Shown here piece after piece: positions 26,280-37,382 of a stretch of 64,000 bases of DNA. A model generated the notes under the pieces. The model worked only from the letters and a program-made list of their open reading frames with translations. It searched no databases and was not told the DNA's origin. The stretch spans positions 2,617,772 through 2,681,771 of the forward strand of contig CAVWKG010000016.1 in the NCBI GenBank assembly GCA_963755375.1. The letters run 5' to 3'. The position numbers and the translations under genes were made by a program. Each line of letters opens with the position of its first letter. Position 1 is the stretch's first letter. This DNA comes from an uncultured Acidimicrobiaceae bacterium (lineage in GTDB: Bacteria; Actinomycetota; Acidimicrobiia; Acidimicrobiales; RAAP-2).

Positions 26280-27974
26280 ATGGCCATGACGTACGAAGAG
26301 GCGTGTGCCGAGGTGACCCTCCCCGGTCGATTCTTCGAACTGGGTTCGGAGGCCATCGACGGAGTCGACTACCGCGTCTTCAAGAACGCTCCATCCACAC
26401 TGGCCCAGCTCTTCGCCGGCGCTCGTGACGACGAGTCGACGTTCCTGGTCTACGAGGAGGAGCGCTGGTCGTTCACAGAGACCGCACGGCACATTGACGC
26501 GTTGGCGCACACGTTGGTGCACACGTTCGGTGTCAAAAGGGGACATCGGGTGGGCATTGCCATGCGGAATTTGCCCGAGTGGATCGTCTCGTTCGCCGCC
26601 ATCCTCTCCATCGGCGCGGTGTCCGTGTCGTTCAACGCGTGGTGGACGGAGAGCGAGCTCGACTACGCTCTCGACGACTCCGAGAGTGCAGTGCTCATCG
26701 TCGATGCGGAGCGAGTCGATCGTGCGCTCGGTCCCGCCCAGCGCCGCAAGGTCCCCGTTATCGCACTACGAACTGCCGCCGAGGAACCGCTCTTGGATGG
26801 CGTGTGGAGGTATGAAGACGTCGTCACGCTCGGTGATCCGATGCCGGCAGCCGTCGTCCTGCCGGACGACGACGCCACCATTCTCTACACGTCAGGGACG
26901 ACCGGCTTTCCAAAGGGGGCGGTGTCAACCCATCGGGCTGTGACCCAGTCCCTGATGGCGTTCTGGGCACGGACCGCCATTCTGTCGGCACGTCGTGGTC
27001 GAGGCCGAGAGGCCCACACCGCGGATTCCTCACCACAATGCTTCATCCTGATTGTCCCCCTCTTCCATGTCACCGGTTGCGTCCCGGTCATGCTCTCGTG
27101 CTTTGGCCTGAAGATGAAGTTGGTCATGATGTATCGCTGGGATCCGGAAGTCGCACTGAGGTTGATCGAGGCAGAACGCGTCACCGCCTTTGTGGGCGTT
27201 CCGACCCAGAGCTGGGACATGCTCGAGAGCCCGGCCTTCTCCAAGTACGACACCTCCTCGTTGGCGACCGTGGGGGGCGGGGGGGCACCGGCACCGGTCA
27301 AGCTCGTTGAGCGAGTCGAAAATTCTTTTGGCCGTGGTCGACCCAACATCGGCTACGGCATGACCGAGACCAACGCCTTCGGACCGGGCAACAGCGGGGA
27401 CGACTACGTCTCGCACCCGTCTTCCACCGGTCGAGCCAGCTTTCCCACAGTGGACGTCGAGATCCGCGACGATCAGCGAGAGCCCGTTCCCGTCGGAAGC
27501 CGCGGAGAGATCTGGATGAAAGGTCCGAACCTCTTTCGCGGGTACTGGAACAAACCCGAGGCGACCGCAGAGGTGCTCGTCGACGGATGGCTGGCCACCG
27601 GTGACCTCGGCAGGATTGACGCCGAGGGGTTCCTCTACATAGAGGACCGCGCCAAGGACATGGTGATCCGGGCCGGCGAGAACGTCTACTGCGCTGAGGT
27701 CGAGAGCGCCGTGTACGAGCACCCCGGCGTCTACGAGGCCGCAGTGTTCGGCGTACCCGACGAACGCCTTGGCGAAGTGGTCGCGTGCGTCATCAGTCGT
27801 CGACCAGGGTCGAGCCTCGATGCCCTGGAGCTGCAACAATTCCTGGCCGGAAAGCTCGCGGCGTTCAAGATCCCGAGCCGGATCGAGTTCAGTGAGGATC
27901 GATTGCCCCGGAACCCATCCGGCAAGATCCTCAAGCGGGAACTGCGGGAGGCCCATTTCACGGCGGCCACGTAG
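26280..27974 (+). CDS. Acyl-CoA synthetase / AMP-dependent ligase
   Basis: AMP-binding motifs ILYTSGTTGFPKGAVSTHRA, GYGMTE, TGDLGRIDAEGFLYIEDRAKD and PSGKILKRELR. Confidence 0.9.
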   Translation: MAMTYEEACAEVTLPGRFFELGSEAIDGVDYRVFKNAPSTLAQLFAGARDDESTFLVYEEERWSFTETARHIDALAHTLVHTFGVKRGHRVGIAMRNLPEWIVSFAAILSIGAVSVSFNAWWTESELDYALDDSESAVLIVDAERVDRALGPAQRRKVPVIALRTAAEEPLLDGVWRYEDVVTLGDPMPAAVVLPDDDATILYTSGTTGFPKGAVSTHRAVTQSLMAFWARTAILSARRGRGREAHTADSSPQCFILIVPLFHVTGCVPVMLSCFGLKMKLVMMYRWDPEVALRLIEAERVTAFVGVPTQSWDMLESPAFSKYDTSSLATVGGGGAPAPVKLVERVENSFGRGRPNIGYGMTETNAFGPGNSGDDYVSHPSSTGRASFPTVDVEIRDDQREPVPVGSRGEIWMKGPNLFRGYWNKPEATAEVLVDGWLATGDLGRIDAEGFLYIEDRAKDMVIRAGENVYCAEVESAVYEHPGVYEAAVFGVPDERLGEVVACVISRRPGSSLDALELQQFLAGKLAAFKIPSRIEFSEDRLPRNPSGKILKRELREAHFTAAT

Positions 27975-28432
27975 GTCCGGTCCCGCACGCCGCCAACCAG
28001 GGTCCGGTCGTCTCGGACCACCACTCGAGTGCCTTCTTTTGATCGTTCCCACCCGGCGCGGGGTTGCGGGGCGGCAGGCCGGCAGCGACCCAGAGGCGAC
28101 AGGTGGTCCCCACTGAATGAGACCGGACGAGGTGTCCCGCGCGGCACGGGACTCCTCCGATCTGCGTCCACTCAGTTCCCGTGCCAAATAGCTCTGCACG
28201 CGTTGGCTTTGGCCCGCGCGTCCTGGCCGAGGCCCCGTGCCCAGACCGTCCATCCCAGGCGCACGACCATCGATCCGTACGCGTGGGAAGGCGGGGCCAC
28301 TGGCGGGCGTTGACATCCGTCGACCCGTCAGCCGGTTCGCAAAGCGGTGCAAACCGGTTGCCAATCAGTCGCTTCGATGGTGCACCGTCACGAAATGAAC
28401 AAAGCTCTAGACCTCCCCTCCCGGGTACGCCA

Positions 28433-29830
28433 ATGTCTCTTTCGAGACTGTGGGACGCCGGGAATCCAGTCGCCTGGCGGCAGGCTCTCGCTTCGCTAGC
28501 CAGGAGGGGCAGGCTCGTGTCAGAGGGGCTCGAACTGAGCATGGCATCCGACGATGTCATCGGGCGGCATCCGCCCGTGCAGATGACGCGCGATGTGGCC
28601 GGCGTGATCACGTCCATCGACGAGGGGATCACTGAGCTGCTCGGTTGGCGGCCCGAAGAACTGGTCGGATCGCCCTCGACGAGCTTGATCCACCCCACCG
28701 ACCAGCCGGGTGCGGTCGCCGCATGGATGGACATGATCACTTCACCGGGCACTGCCGGTATCTGGCGCGGACGGTACAGGACAGCACAGGGTTCCTGGAG
28801 GTGGGTCGAGACGGAGAACCACTTCCACGACGGGGAGGATCCGCGGGTCATCAGCTCGATGACCGAGGTCAGCCTGGAGCAGGCGAGCCTCGAAGAGCAG
28901 TTCAACGCACGTGGACAGCTCCTAACCCAGTTGTCCGATGCCCTGCCGGTCGGAGTCTTCCAGGTCGATCTCGATGGCCACGTCACCTTGACGAACAAGA
29001 GCTTCCACCTCATCGTGGGCGTCTCCCGTCGAGATGCCTTCGAAGCTCAGATGGCAACCGTGTGCGACGAGGACCGACCAGCCTTGGAGGCTGCTCTGGC
29101 CAAAACGTTTGCCTGCCAGTCGGTCGACGGCGTCGAGATTCGACTCCGCGTCCCGACCGGAGAGTCGCCTGCGGTGAGGACAGAGGACCGGGTGTGCCTT
29201 CTTGGTCTGCGCCCGCTCACCGACGGCGCCGGCGCGGTCAACGGCGCCGTCGGGTGTCTCAGTGACGTGACTGATCGGGCGCTCCTCCATCAAGAGCTCA
29301 AGATCCGAGCGGCGGTCGATGAGCTCACGTCATGCTTCAACAGAGCCGCGACCATTGAACTCGTCGACCGCACCATAAACGCTCGGCACGATGGACTGGG
29401 ACGCGCGGTCGTTTTCGTCGACCTTGATAGGCTCAAGTCGGTAAACGACGAATTTGGTCACGCTGCGGGCGATGAGCTCCTGGTGATCGCTGCCGACCAG
29501 ATCAGGATGGCCCTGCGCAGCAGTGACTTCTTTGGCCGCTTGGGCGGAGACGAGTTCCTGGTGATTTGCCCGAGAGTCGTCAGCGCAGCACAGGCAGTGG
29601 AGATCGCCAAGAGGATCTCGGCTGCCCTGACGACATCGGTTGACATCGGCTCCGAAACGGTAGAACTTCGGGCGAGTGTCGGCGTCGTATGGACCATGGA
29701 GGCTCTCGACACAGACACGTTGATTGCGCGAGCGGACCGTGCGATGTACGAATCAAAGCGGCTCGGTAACCACGGTGTCACGCTGTTCTCTGACGTCGCC
29801 ATAGACGGACATGCCACATGGCGTCGGTGA
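28433..29830 (+). CDS. PAS-PAS-GGDEF diguanylate cyclase
   Basis: PAS blocks (VITSIDEGITELLGWRPEELVG; LPVGVFQVDLDGHVTLTNKSF) and a GGDEF domain. The I-site-like RSSD lies 5 aa upstream of GGDEF (LRSSDFFGRLGGDEFLV). Start set to ATG 28433 and is uncertain. Confidence 0.85.
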   Translation: MSLSRLWDAGNPVAWRQALASLARRGRLVSEGLELSMASDDVIGRHPPVQMTRDVAGVITSIDEGITELLGWRPEELVGSPSTSLIHPTDQPGAVAAWMDMITSPGTAGIWRGRYRTAQGSWRWVETENHFHDGEDPRVISSMTEVSLEQASLEEQFNARGQLLTQLSDALPVGVFQVDLDGHVTLTNKSFHLIVGVSRRDAFEAQMATVCDEDRPALEAALAKTFACQSVDGVEIRLRVPTGESPAVRTEDRVCLLGLRPLTDGAGAVNGAVGCLSDVTDRALLHQELKIRAAVDELTSCFNRAATIELVDRTINARHDGLGRAVVFVDLDRLKSVNDEFGHAAGDELLVIAADQIRMALRSSDFFGRLGGDEFLVICPRVVSAAQAVEIAKRISAALTTSVDIGSETVELRASVGVVWTMEALDTDTLIARADRAMYESKRLGNHGVTLFSDVAIDGHATWRR

Positions 29831-30267
29831 CACCCGGTGAGAGCTCCCTCCGGGAAGCCCGGCAAGTCGGCGCGTCACCCAACCCAGGAGCGCCGAGTGG
29901 CGGGCTGCCGAAGCCAGGCACAAATCATTTTGTGATCGAAGACGTTCGCCGCGACGGCCCGTGACTCCATGGCCATGAATCCAGAAGATCTACCCCATAG
30001 GCCTTCGGTCCGACGTCTCCCGTGTCCGACGCCCGGCGAACGGGGTCATTGCATGCGTACCTTGACAGGGTGCAGCGCGAGTTATTGAAACCCACGCCGG
30101 GCCGCTCCCGATTGGAACCTCGGGCGGGTCTATCTGCCTTCCATGACGAGTAGCCGCCAACGGCCCGGCGCAACCCTCCATCTCCGGTCCGGCACCGTCC
30201 CCGAACTCGGTGTCCTGCTGATCTGTGGGCAGCTGACCGGCGCAACGGCGGATGCCCTACCCAGCCA

Positions 30268-31092
30268 CTATCGAGGCCCTTTCTGGCCCGTTCTGGGGGC
30301 GACGAGATTCAAACGGCCGTCGGCACCCAGCGTGAGGCCTTCGATGCCAAACCGCTCGGCCAGGAGTGCCGGCAACTCGGCGCGGGCTACCTCGGTGACC
30401 TCTGACGCTGCCCCGACCGGGCGCTCCACGAGAACGGCTTGCTCGAAGACGAACAGGGAAAGGCAGCGGTCCGGGCTGCGGCGACCGACGAGCACGCCGG
30501 TGACGAACGATGACGTCGGATGGGTGGCGGTGTACCAGTTGCTGACCTCCACGTCGATGACTGGCACTGGCACCGGGGCGAACCCGTACATGTCGGTCCA
30601 GGCACCGTCCTGGAATACTTGTAGGACGAGCTCAGGCCCGTCCTCAACTAACCGGTAGAGCCAGCCTGACTGGTCTGTCTCGACTCCGACCTCGAATGGC
30701 ACGGGGTCGAGCAGCCCTCCCCCGCCGAACCCAACGTCGGCCAGCCACGGCCGACCACCCTCGGTCACACGCAACAGGAGGTGGTCGAGGGGGCGATCGT
30801 CACCGGTGCCGCCGATCCGCACTCGCGCCAGCATGAGGTCGACAGGGCCGAGCCCCATCTCTTCGAGCGCGGCCTTGAGCAGCATGTTGTGCTCGAAGCA
30901 GTAGCCGCCACGCCCGCGAGCGACCATCTTGTCGGCGAGATAGTTCACGTCGAGCACCACAGGCTGGCCGGCGCTCGGATCGAAGTTCTCGAACACGATC
31001 GTCGTCGCGTGGGCCCGGTGGACGGCGGCGAGACTGGTCGGCTCGTCGCGGAGGCCGACGCGATCGAGGTAAGAGCTGAGATCGAAGGCCAC
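30268..31092 (-). CDS. Arylamine N-acetyltransferase
   Basis: YLDRVGL...FENFD...RGRGGYCFEHNMLL (catalytic Cys), plus HLLL and ADVGFG motifs. Confidence 0.85.
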   Translation of the reverse strand: MAFDLSSYLDRVGLRDEPTSLAAVHRAHATTIVFENFDPSAGQPVVLDVNYLADKMVARGRGGYCFEHNMLLKAALEEMGLGPVDLMLARVRIGGTGDDRPLDHLLLRVTEGGRPWLADVGFGGGGLLDPVPFEVGVETDQSGWLYRLVEDGPELVLQVFQDGAWTDMYGFAPVPVPVIDVEVSNWYTATHPTSSFVTGVLVGRRSPDRCLSLFVFEQAVLVERPVGAASEVTEVARAELPALLAERFGIEGLTLGADGRLNLVAPRTGQKGPR

Positions 31093-31161
31093 GAGAGGAC
31101 GCTAGACCTTCAGAATTCGTATCGCACCCGGCGCCCGGGCGGGGGCGGGGGCGTCGCAGGT

Positions 31162-31611
31162 TCAATGCGTGGCGGGTCGCATGCCGAGCTCGCGGAACGG
31201 GCGCCATAGATAGCCATCGGGATCAGCGAGAACGAGCTGACGGTTGCCGGTCTCGATTGGTCCCTTCACCTGCCAGCGGCCACCGCTCTCGGCGACGTCA
31301 ACGCGGTACCAGCGCTCCTCGATCGGCAGAACGATATTGACGCCTGCCGCAACCGCACGAGCATGCACCGCATCGACGTCTTCGACGCGAAGCTGGAAGT
31401 TGACGCCGCGGCCACATGGGAGCTCGAGCGGAGCGGTTCGGAACCGGCGCCCCGGTCCGGCGGCTTCCTGGATCATCAGCTCGACGCCGTCGCGCTCGAG
31501 ATACGCGAAGCGCTCCGCAGGCCGCTCGAACAGTATCCGGAACTCAAGCACGTCAGCGTAGAACCGCAATGAAGAGGCGAGCGCAGAGACATCCAGCTCC
31601 GGTACGAGCAT
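31162..31611 (-). CDS. VOC-family (glyoxalase / bleomycin-resistance fold) protein
   Basis: The 149-aa ORF has FYADVLEF...GVELMIQE...NFQLRVEDVDAVHARAVAAG...DPDGYLWR, typical of glyoxalase-fold proteins. Confidence 0.75.
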   Translation of the reverse strand: MLVPELDVSALASSLRFYADVLEFRILFERPAERFAYLERDGVELMIQEAAGPGRRFRTAPLELPCGRGVNFQLRVEDVDAVHARAVAAGVNIVLPIEERWYRVDVAESGGRWQVKGPIETGNRQLVLADPDGYLWRPFRELGMRPATH

Positions 31612-31821
31612 CAGTTGTGAACCTTACTGACGAGACGCGCGGCGCGCGCGAGCCGATGCCACTCGCGAGCGCAGCACTGCGGCGACTCGTCAGCCTCCCG
31701 AGCACATGCAAATCTCACTCGCATCCGTGAGACTCTCGCAGGGCACTCCAGACCTCCCGTCCGCCTATCCACCAGGTGCCGAACCGGCCAGCATTCCCGG
31801 CAACGGGGACAGGCAGCAGTC

Positions 31822-32274
31822 TCAAGATCCCTTGTCGTCACCGGGCCACGTCCATCGTGGAACCTCACGCAGTGGATGAAGCTGGTCCTCGGCCTCCGCG
31901 TGAGAGTTCTCCATCGCGACCTTCGAGCCGAATTCAACGTGAGATCGGACCGCCTCACGGAACTCTTGATCGTCGGGAAGATCCGAGGCGTCGAAGGCAT
32001 CCATATAGAGCTGGACGAACCTCTTTCGCTGCTCCTCGGTGATCCGAAGGTATCGGTGAACCCTGATGAGATGTGCGAAGCCGAGCTCTCGTGTGAAGCG
32101 GTCGGGACCACCGAAGGATTCAGCAGTGAAGGCGGTGAGGTGATCGACGTGTTCTGGCTGACCCGCCCCAAAAAGCGGCTGGAGTAAGGGTTCTTTGAGG
32201 ACGCTGCTGTAGAATGTGTCCTCGAGTCGGTGCAGTGCCTCATCGCCACCTGCAAATTCGTATAGTGAGGGCAT
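31822..32274 (-). CDS. Globin-family (truncated-haemoglobin-like) protein
   Basis: MPSLYEFAGGDEALHRLEDTFYSSVL...LFG...HLTAFTAESFGGP...IRVHRYLRITEEQRKRFVQL resembles group II/III truncated globins. ATG at 32274; the longer ORF upstream is not protein-like. Confidence 0.65.
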   Translation of the reverse strand: MPSLYEFAGGDEALHRLEDTFYSSVLKEPLLQPLFGAGQPEHVDHLTAFTAESFGGPDRFTRELGFAHLIRVHRYLRITEEQRKRFVQLYMDAFDASDLPDDQEFREAVRSHVEFGSKVAMENSHAEAEDQLHPLREVPRWTWPGDDKGS

Positions 32275-32468
32275 ACCCCAATCGTACGGAGAAGGGCCCA
32301 CGGGTCCACAAACGAGGATCCAGAAACGTCGATCCGCGCCGTATCCTGTCCCGGGGACCGGGACACTGCATCCAGCCGACGCGGTCCAGCTCGACGGTGT
32401 AGGAAGACCATCCGGATGAATCGAGCAGCGAGGCCAAGCACTCTTGGGTATGGAGTTGCGATTCAATA

Positions 32469-32981
32469 ATGCCAGTGGCGAATCGATCAGGCCTATGGAC
32501 CGCCCTTGAGAGTACAAGCGGCACCGTGACCAACTTCTTGGAGCAGCTTGTCGGTGAACGTATCGATGCTCAGCCTCATCACCAGGAAGTAACCGGAGCG
32601 CCTCCTTCGAACGATCTGCGGGTTGCAGAAGGCGAGCCACTGCTTCAGCGGGCTGCCACCCTCCGCGGCCGGGTATCAGGATCCTCGTATGTGTACGCGG
32701 AGAGCGTCATAGTCACGAGTCGACTACCGACGAGGTTCTGTCATCGGCTCGAGTCCAGTATCGATCCGATTGGTCGGATTCTCGACGAGATGGGGATCGC
32801 TGTCACCCGGGAGAACCTGGTCAAGGTACATGGATTCGACCTCTCTCGACCCGTTGGAGCCATCAACGTCCGTGACTACCTCCTTACCCGGACCTACCGC
32901 ATTGACTCCGAACAGACCCCTGTGATGGTCATCACTGAATGGTTCCTGAGGACACTGACACCATTTCTTTCGTCCGCATAG
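32469..32981 (+). CDS. Chorismate-lyase-like (DUF98 / UTRA-fold) protein
   Basis: The N-terminal SGTVTNFLEQLVGE motif resembles the chorismate lyase/DUF98 signature. This is a weak, by-eye assignment. Confidence 0.45.
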   Translation: MPVANRSGLWTALESTSGTVTNFLEQLVGERIDAQPHHQEVTGAPPSNDLRVAEGEPLLQRAATLRGRVSGSSYVYAESVIVTSRLPTRFCHRLESSIDPIGRILDEMGIAVTRENLVKVHGFDLSRPVGAINVRDYLLTRTYRIDSEQTPVMVITEWFLRTLTPFLSSA

Positions 32982-33103
32982 GGGTTCCCGAGGGCAACGG
33001 AAACGACTCAGAGCCGGACGGCAGCGCCCCCCTGACGTCGCCGGGCGACGCTTTGAATAGGGTCGAAATGCCTGATGAGTTGTGTTGAAAGGTCTGGAGC
33101 GCG

Positions 33104-33442
33104 GTGGCTCACTACGAAAGGGAACGACACTGGTCCGGGGTCGGCGAGCGAACCCCTGATCTGGGCCTGCCGATAACCTGCCGGCGGGAGATTCTCACCC
33201 TTCTACGAATAGAAGGCTGCGCTCTTCAGGGAGCATTTCGATCCCAAGATCCCAGTAGGGGTCTCTCGGTGCTGGACGTAGGCTGCGGTGCTGGCGGGAA
33301 CCTCCGGTCGATGACGGAACGGCGTCCTGGACCCGTAGTGGGCTGCGACCAGTCGTCAGAGATGGTCAAACTGGCAACGTCGGCACTACGACCACCGTGC
33401 TCCAGCACAATCCGGATGCTCGTCGCAAAAATCGCTCGGTGA
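33104..33442 (+). pseudogene. Fragment of a class I SAM-dependent methyltransferase
   Basis: Contains motif I VLDVGCGAGGNL and the post-I region GCDQSSEMV. The frame then degenerates and stops after ~112 codons, with no motif II/III region. Confidence 0.45.
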
Positions 33443-33854
33443 GATCTGTCGAGTCAGCGCAAAAGACGTCCTCCTCTTTGAGGACACCCTGGTGGCGATG
33501 CCCCTGTCCACCCCTGGGGGGGTATCAGAACTTCTTCGGTCGTCGGGTCGGGTGGTATCCAGGAGTGTCCTCCTGCCAGGGCTTCGAGCCGATCGAGATC
33601 GAGCGGCAGGGGACATTCGTAAGCCGGACTGTGTTCATACGGCTCTGGGGTCACGTCAAGCGTATTCGTCGGAACGAGCGGGAGGAATTCTCGAGACTGC
33701 ATCGTGCCATCGAGAGGCGCACCCTATCCGTCGAGAGCTCGTTCGTGGGCGGAGACTCTCCCAAGAAGATCAACGATGAGTGCATCCGCGGCCACGGCGT
33801 CATCTTCCATGCGCTCCAACCTTTGTGGACGTGGACAGGACGAATGACGCTGGG

Positions 33855-34412
33855 TCAGATCTTCATCGTCGGATGCGGTGCGATGAGGACATCGGCTGTT
33901 CGAAGTCGTTTGAGCACCCGGTTCTCTCTTCCATATGACAGAGGTGTGAACAAGAGAGTGTCGAGGGGGAACCAAAGGCCCACCCACACCAACACCCACC
34001 CTCCCGAGTCAAGAACCAGATTGGCGTTCCCGCTGGCGCCCACGATGCTCGACTTGATGATCACGAGAACGAATCCCAATACGACAATGGGGAGGCCTAT
34101 CCACAGTGAGAACACTCCGTCAAGTCGGACGGCTCGACGTTCCCGCTGGTTGTACGCGATTCGATGATCGCAGTAACGGTTGAGGGTACGGCGGATCCGC
34201 TGGTCCATGCCTTCGGAGATCCGGTCGGCCGGTAGAGCCAAGTCGAGCCGGACGGGTCCGCTGGAGCGACGGCTTCGCAGCACGCTGATGCAGTACTCCA
34301 ATCCAGTCATGAAGTTGCGGTATTCAGAGAACAGGTCTGCCGGCGCCAGCACGAACATCTCTTCTGGACTAGTGAGCGACAGCGAAATGACTTGCGCAGA
34401 TTCTTCGGCCAT
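33855..34412 (-). CDS. Hypothetical protein with two C-terminal transmembrane segments
   Basis: Open frame from ATG 34412 (MAEESAQVISL...). Two hydrophobic stretches (FSLWIGLPIVVLGFVLVII; GGWVLVWVGLWFPL). No recognised motif. Confidence 0.4.
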   Translation of the reverse strand: MAEESAQVISLSLTSPEEMFVLAPADLFSEYRNFMTGLEYCISVLRSRRSSGPVRLDLALPADRISEGMDQRIRRTLNRYCDHRIAYNQRERRAVRLDGVFSLWIGLPIVVLGFVLVIIKSSIVGASGNANLVLDSGGWVLVWVGLWFPLDTLLFTPLSYGRENRVLKRLRTADVLIAPHPTMKI

Positions 34413-34739
34413 GACGCTATGGTTTAGCCGCTTCGTCGACAAGACCCAGACCCATTGCGCGTCGCACTCAAGGCTTGTCGCGGGGCGTCGGCCCCTGGCG
34501 TTCCGGGGCTGGCGCCGTTTGAGACACACGGGTGGCCGATCGTGGCGTCACTGCGCATCTGGCAACTGCGCCACCGACTGCACCAATCGAAATGAGCTAG
34601 GACCACTGCTTCGTGACCGGAGAAATGTCACGGGCGGATGCCGATCGCTCCTCGTGCAAAGCGCAGAGATGCCGAGTCCAAAGGTGTCGCAGGGTGGCGC
34701 GGCCGTCGGCGGCACAGGGAACCCTGGGAATGTGATGCG

Positions 34740-35213
34740 CTACTTGATCTTGACGACCTCTTCAAGGAGTTGCTCCCACGGGACGTTCTCCCATCCTGCC
34801 TTTTCGGCGGCGCCTTTCGCAACGTCTGTCGCTTCCTCGACCCACAGCAGTTCGATGTCTTCACCCGGTCCGATCTTTTGATCACCCTTGATTTCCTGCG
34901 ATGCCTGACCCTTTCCGATCTCGACTTCAGTGCCAAATTCCGTTCCAAGCCAAATGTCTTGCCACGCCTTGTGGGTTTCCCTCAGACGGACTGCCATGGC
35001 TGACAGGTGAGAATGCTCGGGACTCTCAGACGTCTTGACTGCCCAATGCAGACAGTATCTCGCCCTCTTGAAATCCCCTTTGGGCGTACAAGCTTCTGCT
35101 TGTTGCGTGTATCGCTCAAGCGTTGGCCTCTCTTCCTCGGGGAGGATCTCGCGAAGGTTATTCATCAAACCTCTTACAATCGGGGACGAACCCGTGCTTG
35201 TTTCATGAGCCAT
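34740..35213 (-). CDS. Hypothetical protein (157 aa)
   Basis: Open frame with balanced, protein-like composition in a low-GC stretch. No recognised motif. Confidence 0.4.
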   Translation of the reverse strand: MAHETSTGSSPIVRGLMNNLREILPEEERPTLERYTQQAEACTPKGDFKRARYCLHWAVKTSESPEHSHLSAMAVRLRETHKAWQDIWLGTEFGTEVEIGKGQASQEIKGDQKIGPGEDIELLWVEEATDVAKGAAEKAGWENVPWEQLLEEVVKIK

Positions 35214-35704
35214 AAGTGAACCCTACAGGCCCCTCTCAAACTGGACTTTGTGCGGATCGCTGCCTGAATACGACGAACGTCGTGAAGCCAGAAATTCCGG
35301 GAGGAAACGTCACCCTTGTAGTGAGCGTGTAGGGGGAAGACGTCATACGCTCAAAACGCCATAGATCCGCCGGATCCGAGATCTTTATCTCAGCGGACCT
35401 TGACTGTTGGCCGGAGACACGCCCAGCAGACCGGGCGTTTGGGGACATTTGACCAGAGGTTCACACGTCTCTATCGCCATGCAATCGGGGCGTACCCAAG
35501 GCGGGAGCCATCGAAGATTCAGTGTGGGCGGAGGAGCCGCTCTCGATTGCGACGCAACAGTGGAGTTTGAACGGGTTTTCGAGCCTTCCCCGCGTCCCGG
35601 CCCACAGGACACCCTGGCGATCAGCGGCTGATGAGCCATGCTGCAACACGATCGGATCAACGAGAGCATTGCCGTGGTGGGCGGAGGGAACCAGACTCTC
35701 CATC

Positions 35705-36352
35705 GTGGAACCCTTCGATGCGTCGGCGGTACGCGCCGCTTACGACGTCGCCGCAGAAGACTACGCAGAGGCTTTCGCCGATGACTTGTTGGAGCTCCCA
35801 GTAGATCGCGAGGTTCTCGATTCGGTCGCCCGAGGGATCGCCCGAGGCGAGTCCGTTCTCGATCTTGGATGCGGACCCGGCCAGGTCGGTCAATACCTCG
35901 CCCAACGGGGTCTTCGGATGGTTGGCATGGATCTGGCTTTCCAGATGCTCCTCGTGGCCCGGAGACGAACGGGGAACCGCTGCCTTGCCCGTGGGGACAT
36001 GCGCTCGATGCCATTCCGAACCGGGTCGTTTTCGGGCGTCGTTGCGTTCTATTCCGTGCATCACCTCCCAAGGCCGGGGCTTCGAACGGCCTTGGCCGAG
36101 GTCCGCCGCATCCTCAAACCAGCTGGCCTCCTCGTGGTGGCCACGCACCTGGGCGAATCAGAGGTCTACAGCGACATGTTCCTGGGCCATGAGATAGAGC
36201 CCGTCGGCGGCACCCTCTACGGAGAGGACGAACTTGTCGGTGAAATTGAAAGCGAGTCCTTTGTCATCGAAGACATGTGGTACCGAGATCCGTTACCCCA
36301 TGAGCATGAATCCAAAAGGATCTACCTCTTGTCTCGACGTACTGACGAGTAG
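35705..36352 (+). CDS. Class I SAM-dependent methyltransferase
   Basis: Motif I VLDLGCGPGQVGQYL, motif II/III FSGVVAFYSVHHL and LKPAGLLVV. Start set to GTG 35705. Confidence 0.8.
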   Translation: MEPFDASAVRAAYDVAAEDYAEAFADDLLELPVDREVLDSVARGIARGESVLDLGCGPGQVGQYLAQRGLRMVGMDLAFQMLLVARRRTGNRCLARGDMRSMPFRTGSFSGVVAFYSVHHLPRPGLRTALAEVRRILKPAGLLVVATHLGESEVYSDMFLGHEIEPVGGTLYGEDELVGEIESESFVIEDMWYRDPLPHEHESKRIYLLSRRTDE

Positions 36353-36596
36353 GGCCACTGACTGGCTATTGGATGGGCAGACTCTGTTGTGTCCAGCTCG
36401 GCTCACTCACCATTACCCAGTGCTCTTGCTTTCCTTTGGTTGTCGAGCGCCCTCGCCGGGAGCCAACCTAATGGAGTGCTGGCGGATGCAATTCGATGTC
36501 TCTTTGCGGTCGAATCACAGTTTGAGCCAGCCGAGGGCAGAGCATCCGCATCGCGGAACGGTCAGACCACAGGTTCAGGGGTCGCGGGCGCCGACA

Positions 36597-37382
36597 TCAC
36601 GCACGATTCAGAGCGAGCGAAGCATCTCGAGCCCCAGGCACTCGAGTGGTAATGAGCCCGACCTTGTCGAGAGCGAGCGCAAATCGGTGCGCGTCGCGCA
36701 CGGCGCACCCTCCGTGATCATTGTTGAAGTACACGAAGACGTCATCGTCAGCGCCCCACAAGTCGGCTACTCGGCGCGCCCAGCCGCTTAGCGCGGCCCG
36801 GCCGTAGGAGGGGGAAGGGCTTGCCCGGCCCTCATGGAGGCGGACGTAGCCCCAGCCTGCGGTGCGTCGCAGCGGCGAACGCTTCCCCGCCTTGTCGGTC
36901 AGGCAGAGAGCGGCGCCGAACTCGCACAAGAGCTCATAGACCTCGTCCCGATGCCAGGACTCATGGCGCGGCTCGACAGCAACACGGGATTGAGGCGGAA
37001 ACGCCTCCAGCGTTGCGCGGAGCGCGCTGACATCGATCCGCAGATTCGGAGGCAGCTGCAACAGGACGGGTCCCAGTTTGGAGCTCAGGCGGCTCGCTCT
37101 CTCCATGAGCCGCTGGACGGTCGCGCTCGGCTCTTTGAGGCGACGGACATGTGTCAGGTAACGACTGGCCTTTACCGAGAAGAGGAAGTCAGCTGGTGTA
37201 CCTGCTGCCCACCGATCGAATATGTCGGCCTCGGGCAGGCGGTAAAACACGTTGTTGACTTCTGTGGTCTCGAAGTGCCTCGAGTAGTACTCGAGCCAAT
37301 GAGGCTGGGCGAGTCCGGCCGGGTAAAAGCGTCCCTTCCAGTCTGCATACTGCCATCCGGAGGTGCCAACGTGGACCGGCAC
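36597..37382 (-). CDS. DUF72 domain-containing protein
   Basis: VGTSGWQYADWKGRFYP...YSRHFETTEVNNVFYRLP...FSVKASRYLTH...VLLQLPPN...YFNND is the classic DUF72 pattern. Confidence 0.85.
   Translation of the reverse strand: MPVHVGTSGWQYADWKGRFYPAGLAQPHWLEYYSRHFETTEVNNVFYRLPEADIFDRWAAGTPADFLFSVKASRYLTHVRRLKEPSATVQRLMERASRLSSKLGPVLLQLPPNLRIDVSALRATLEAFPPQSRVAVEPRHESWHRDEVYELLCEFGAALCLTDKAGKRSPLRRTAGWGYVRLHEGRASPSPSYGRAALSGWARRVADLWGADDDVFVYFNNDHGGCAVRDAHRFALALDKVGLITTRVPGARDASLALNRA

Noticed and set aside
27958-29013. 351-aa minus-strand ORF spanning the fadD-GGDEF spacer and the 5' half of the GGDEF gene.
   Set aside because: It has no recognisable motif and a Ser/Arg/Pro-rich composition. It overlaps the well-supported PAS-GGDEF gene on the opposite strand.
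29919-29934. CACAAA-tcat-TTTGTG inverted repeat, considered as a CRP/FNR- or Rex-like site.
   Set aside because: The half-site orientation is opposite to the TGTGA-N6-TCACA consensus. It lies in a gap with no adjacent start codon.
35385-36071. 228-aa minus-strand ORF.
   Set aside because: It is antisense to a methyltransferase gene with clear SAM-binding motifs, and its composition is Arg/Pro-rich and low-complexity.
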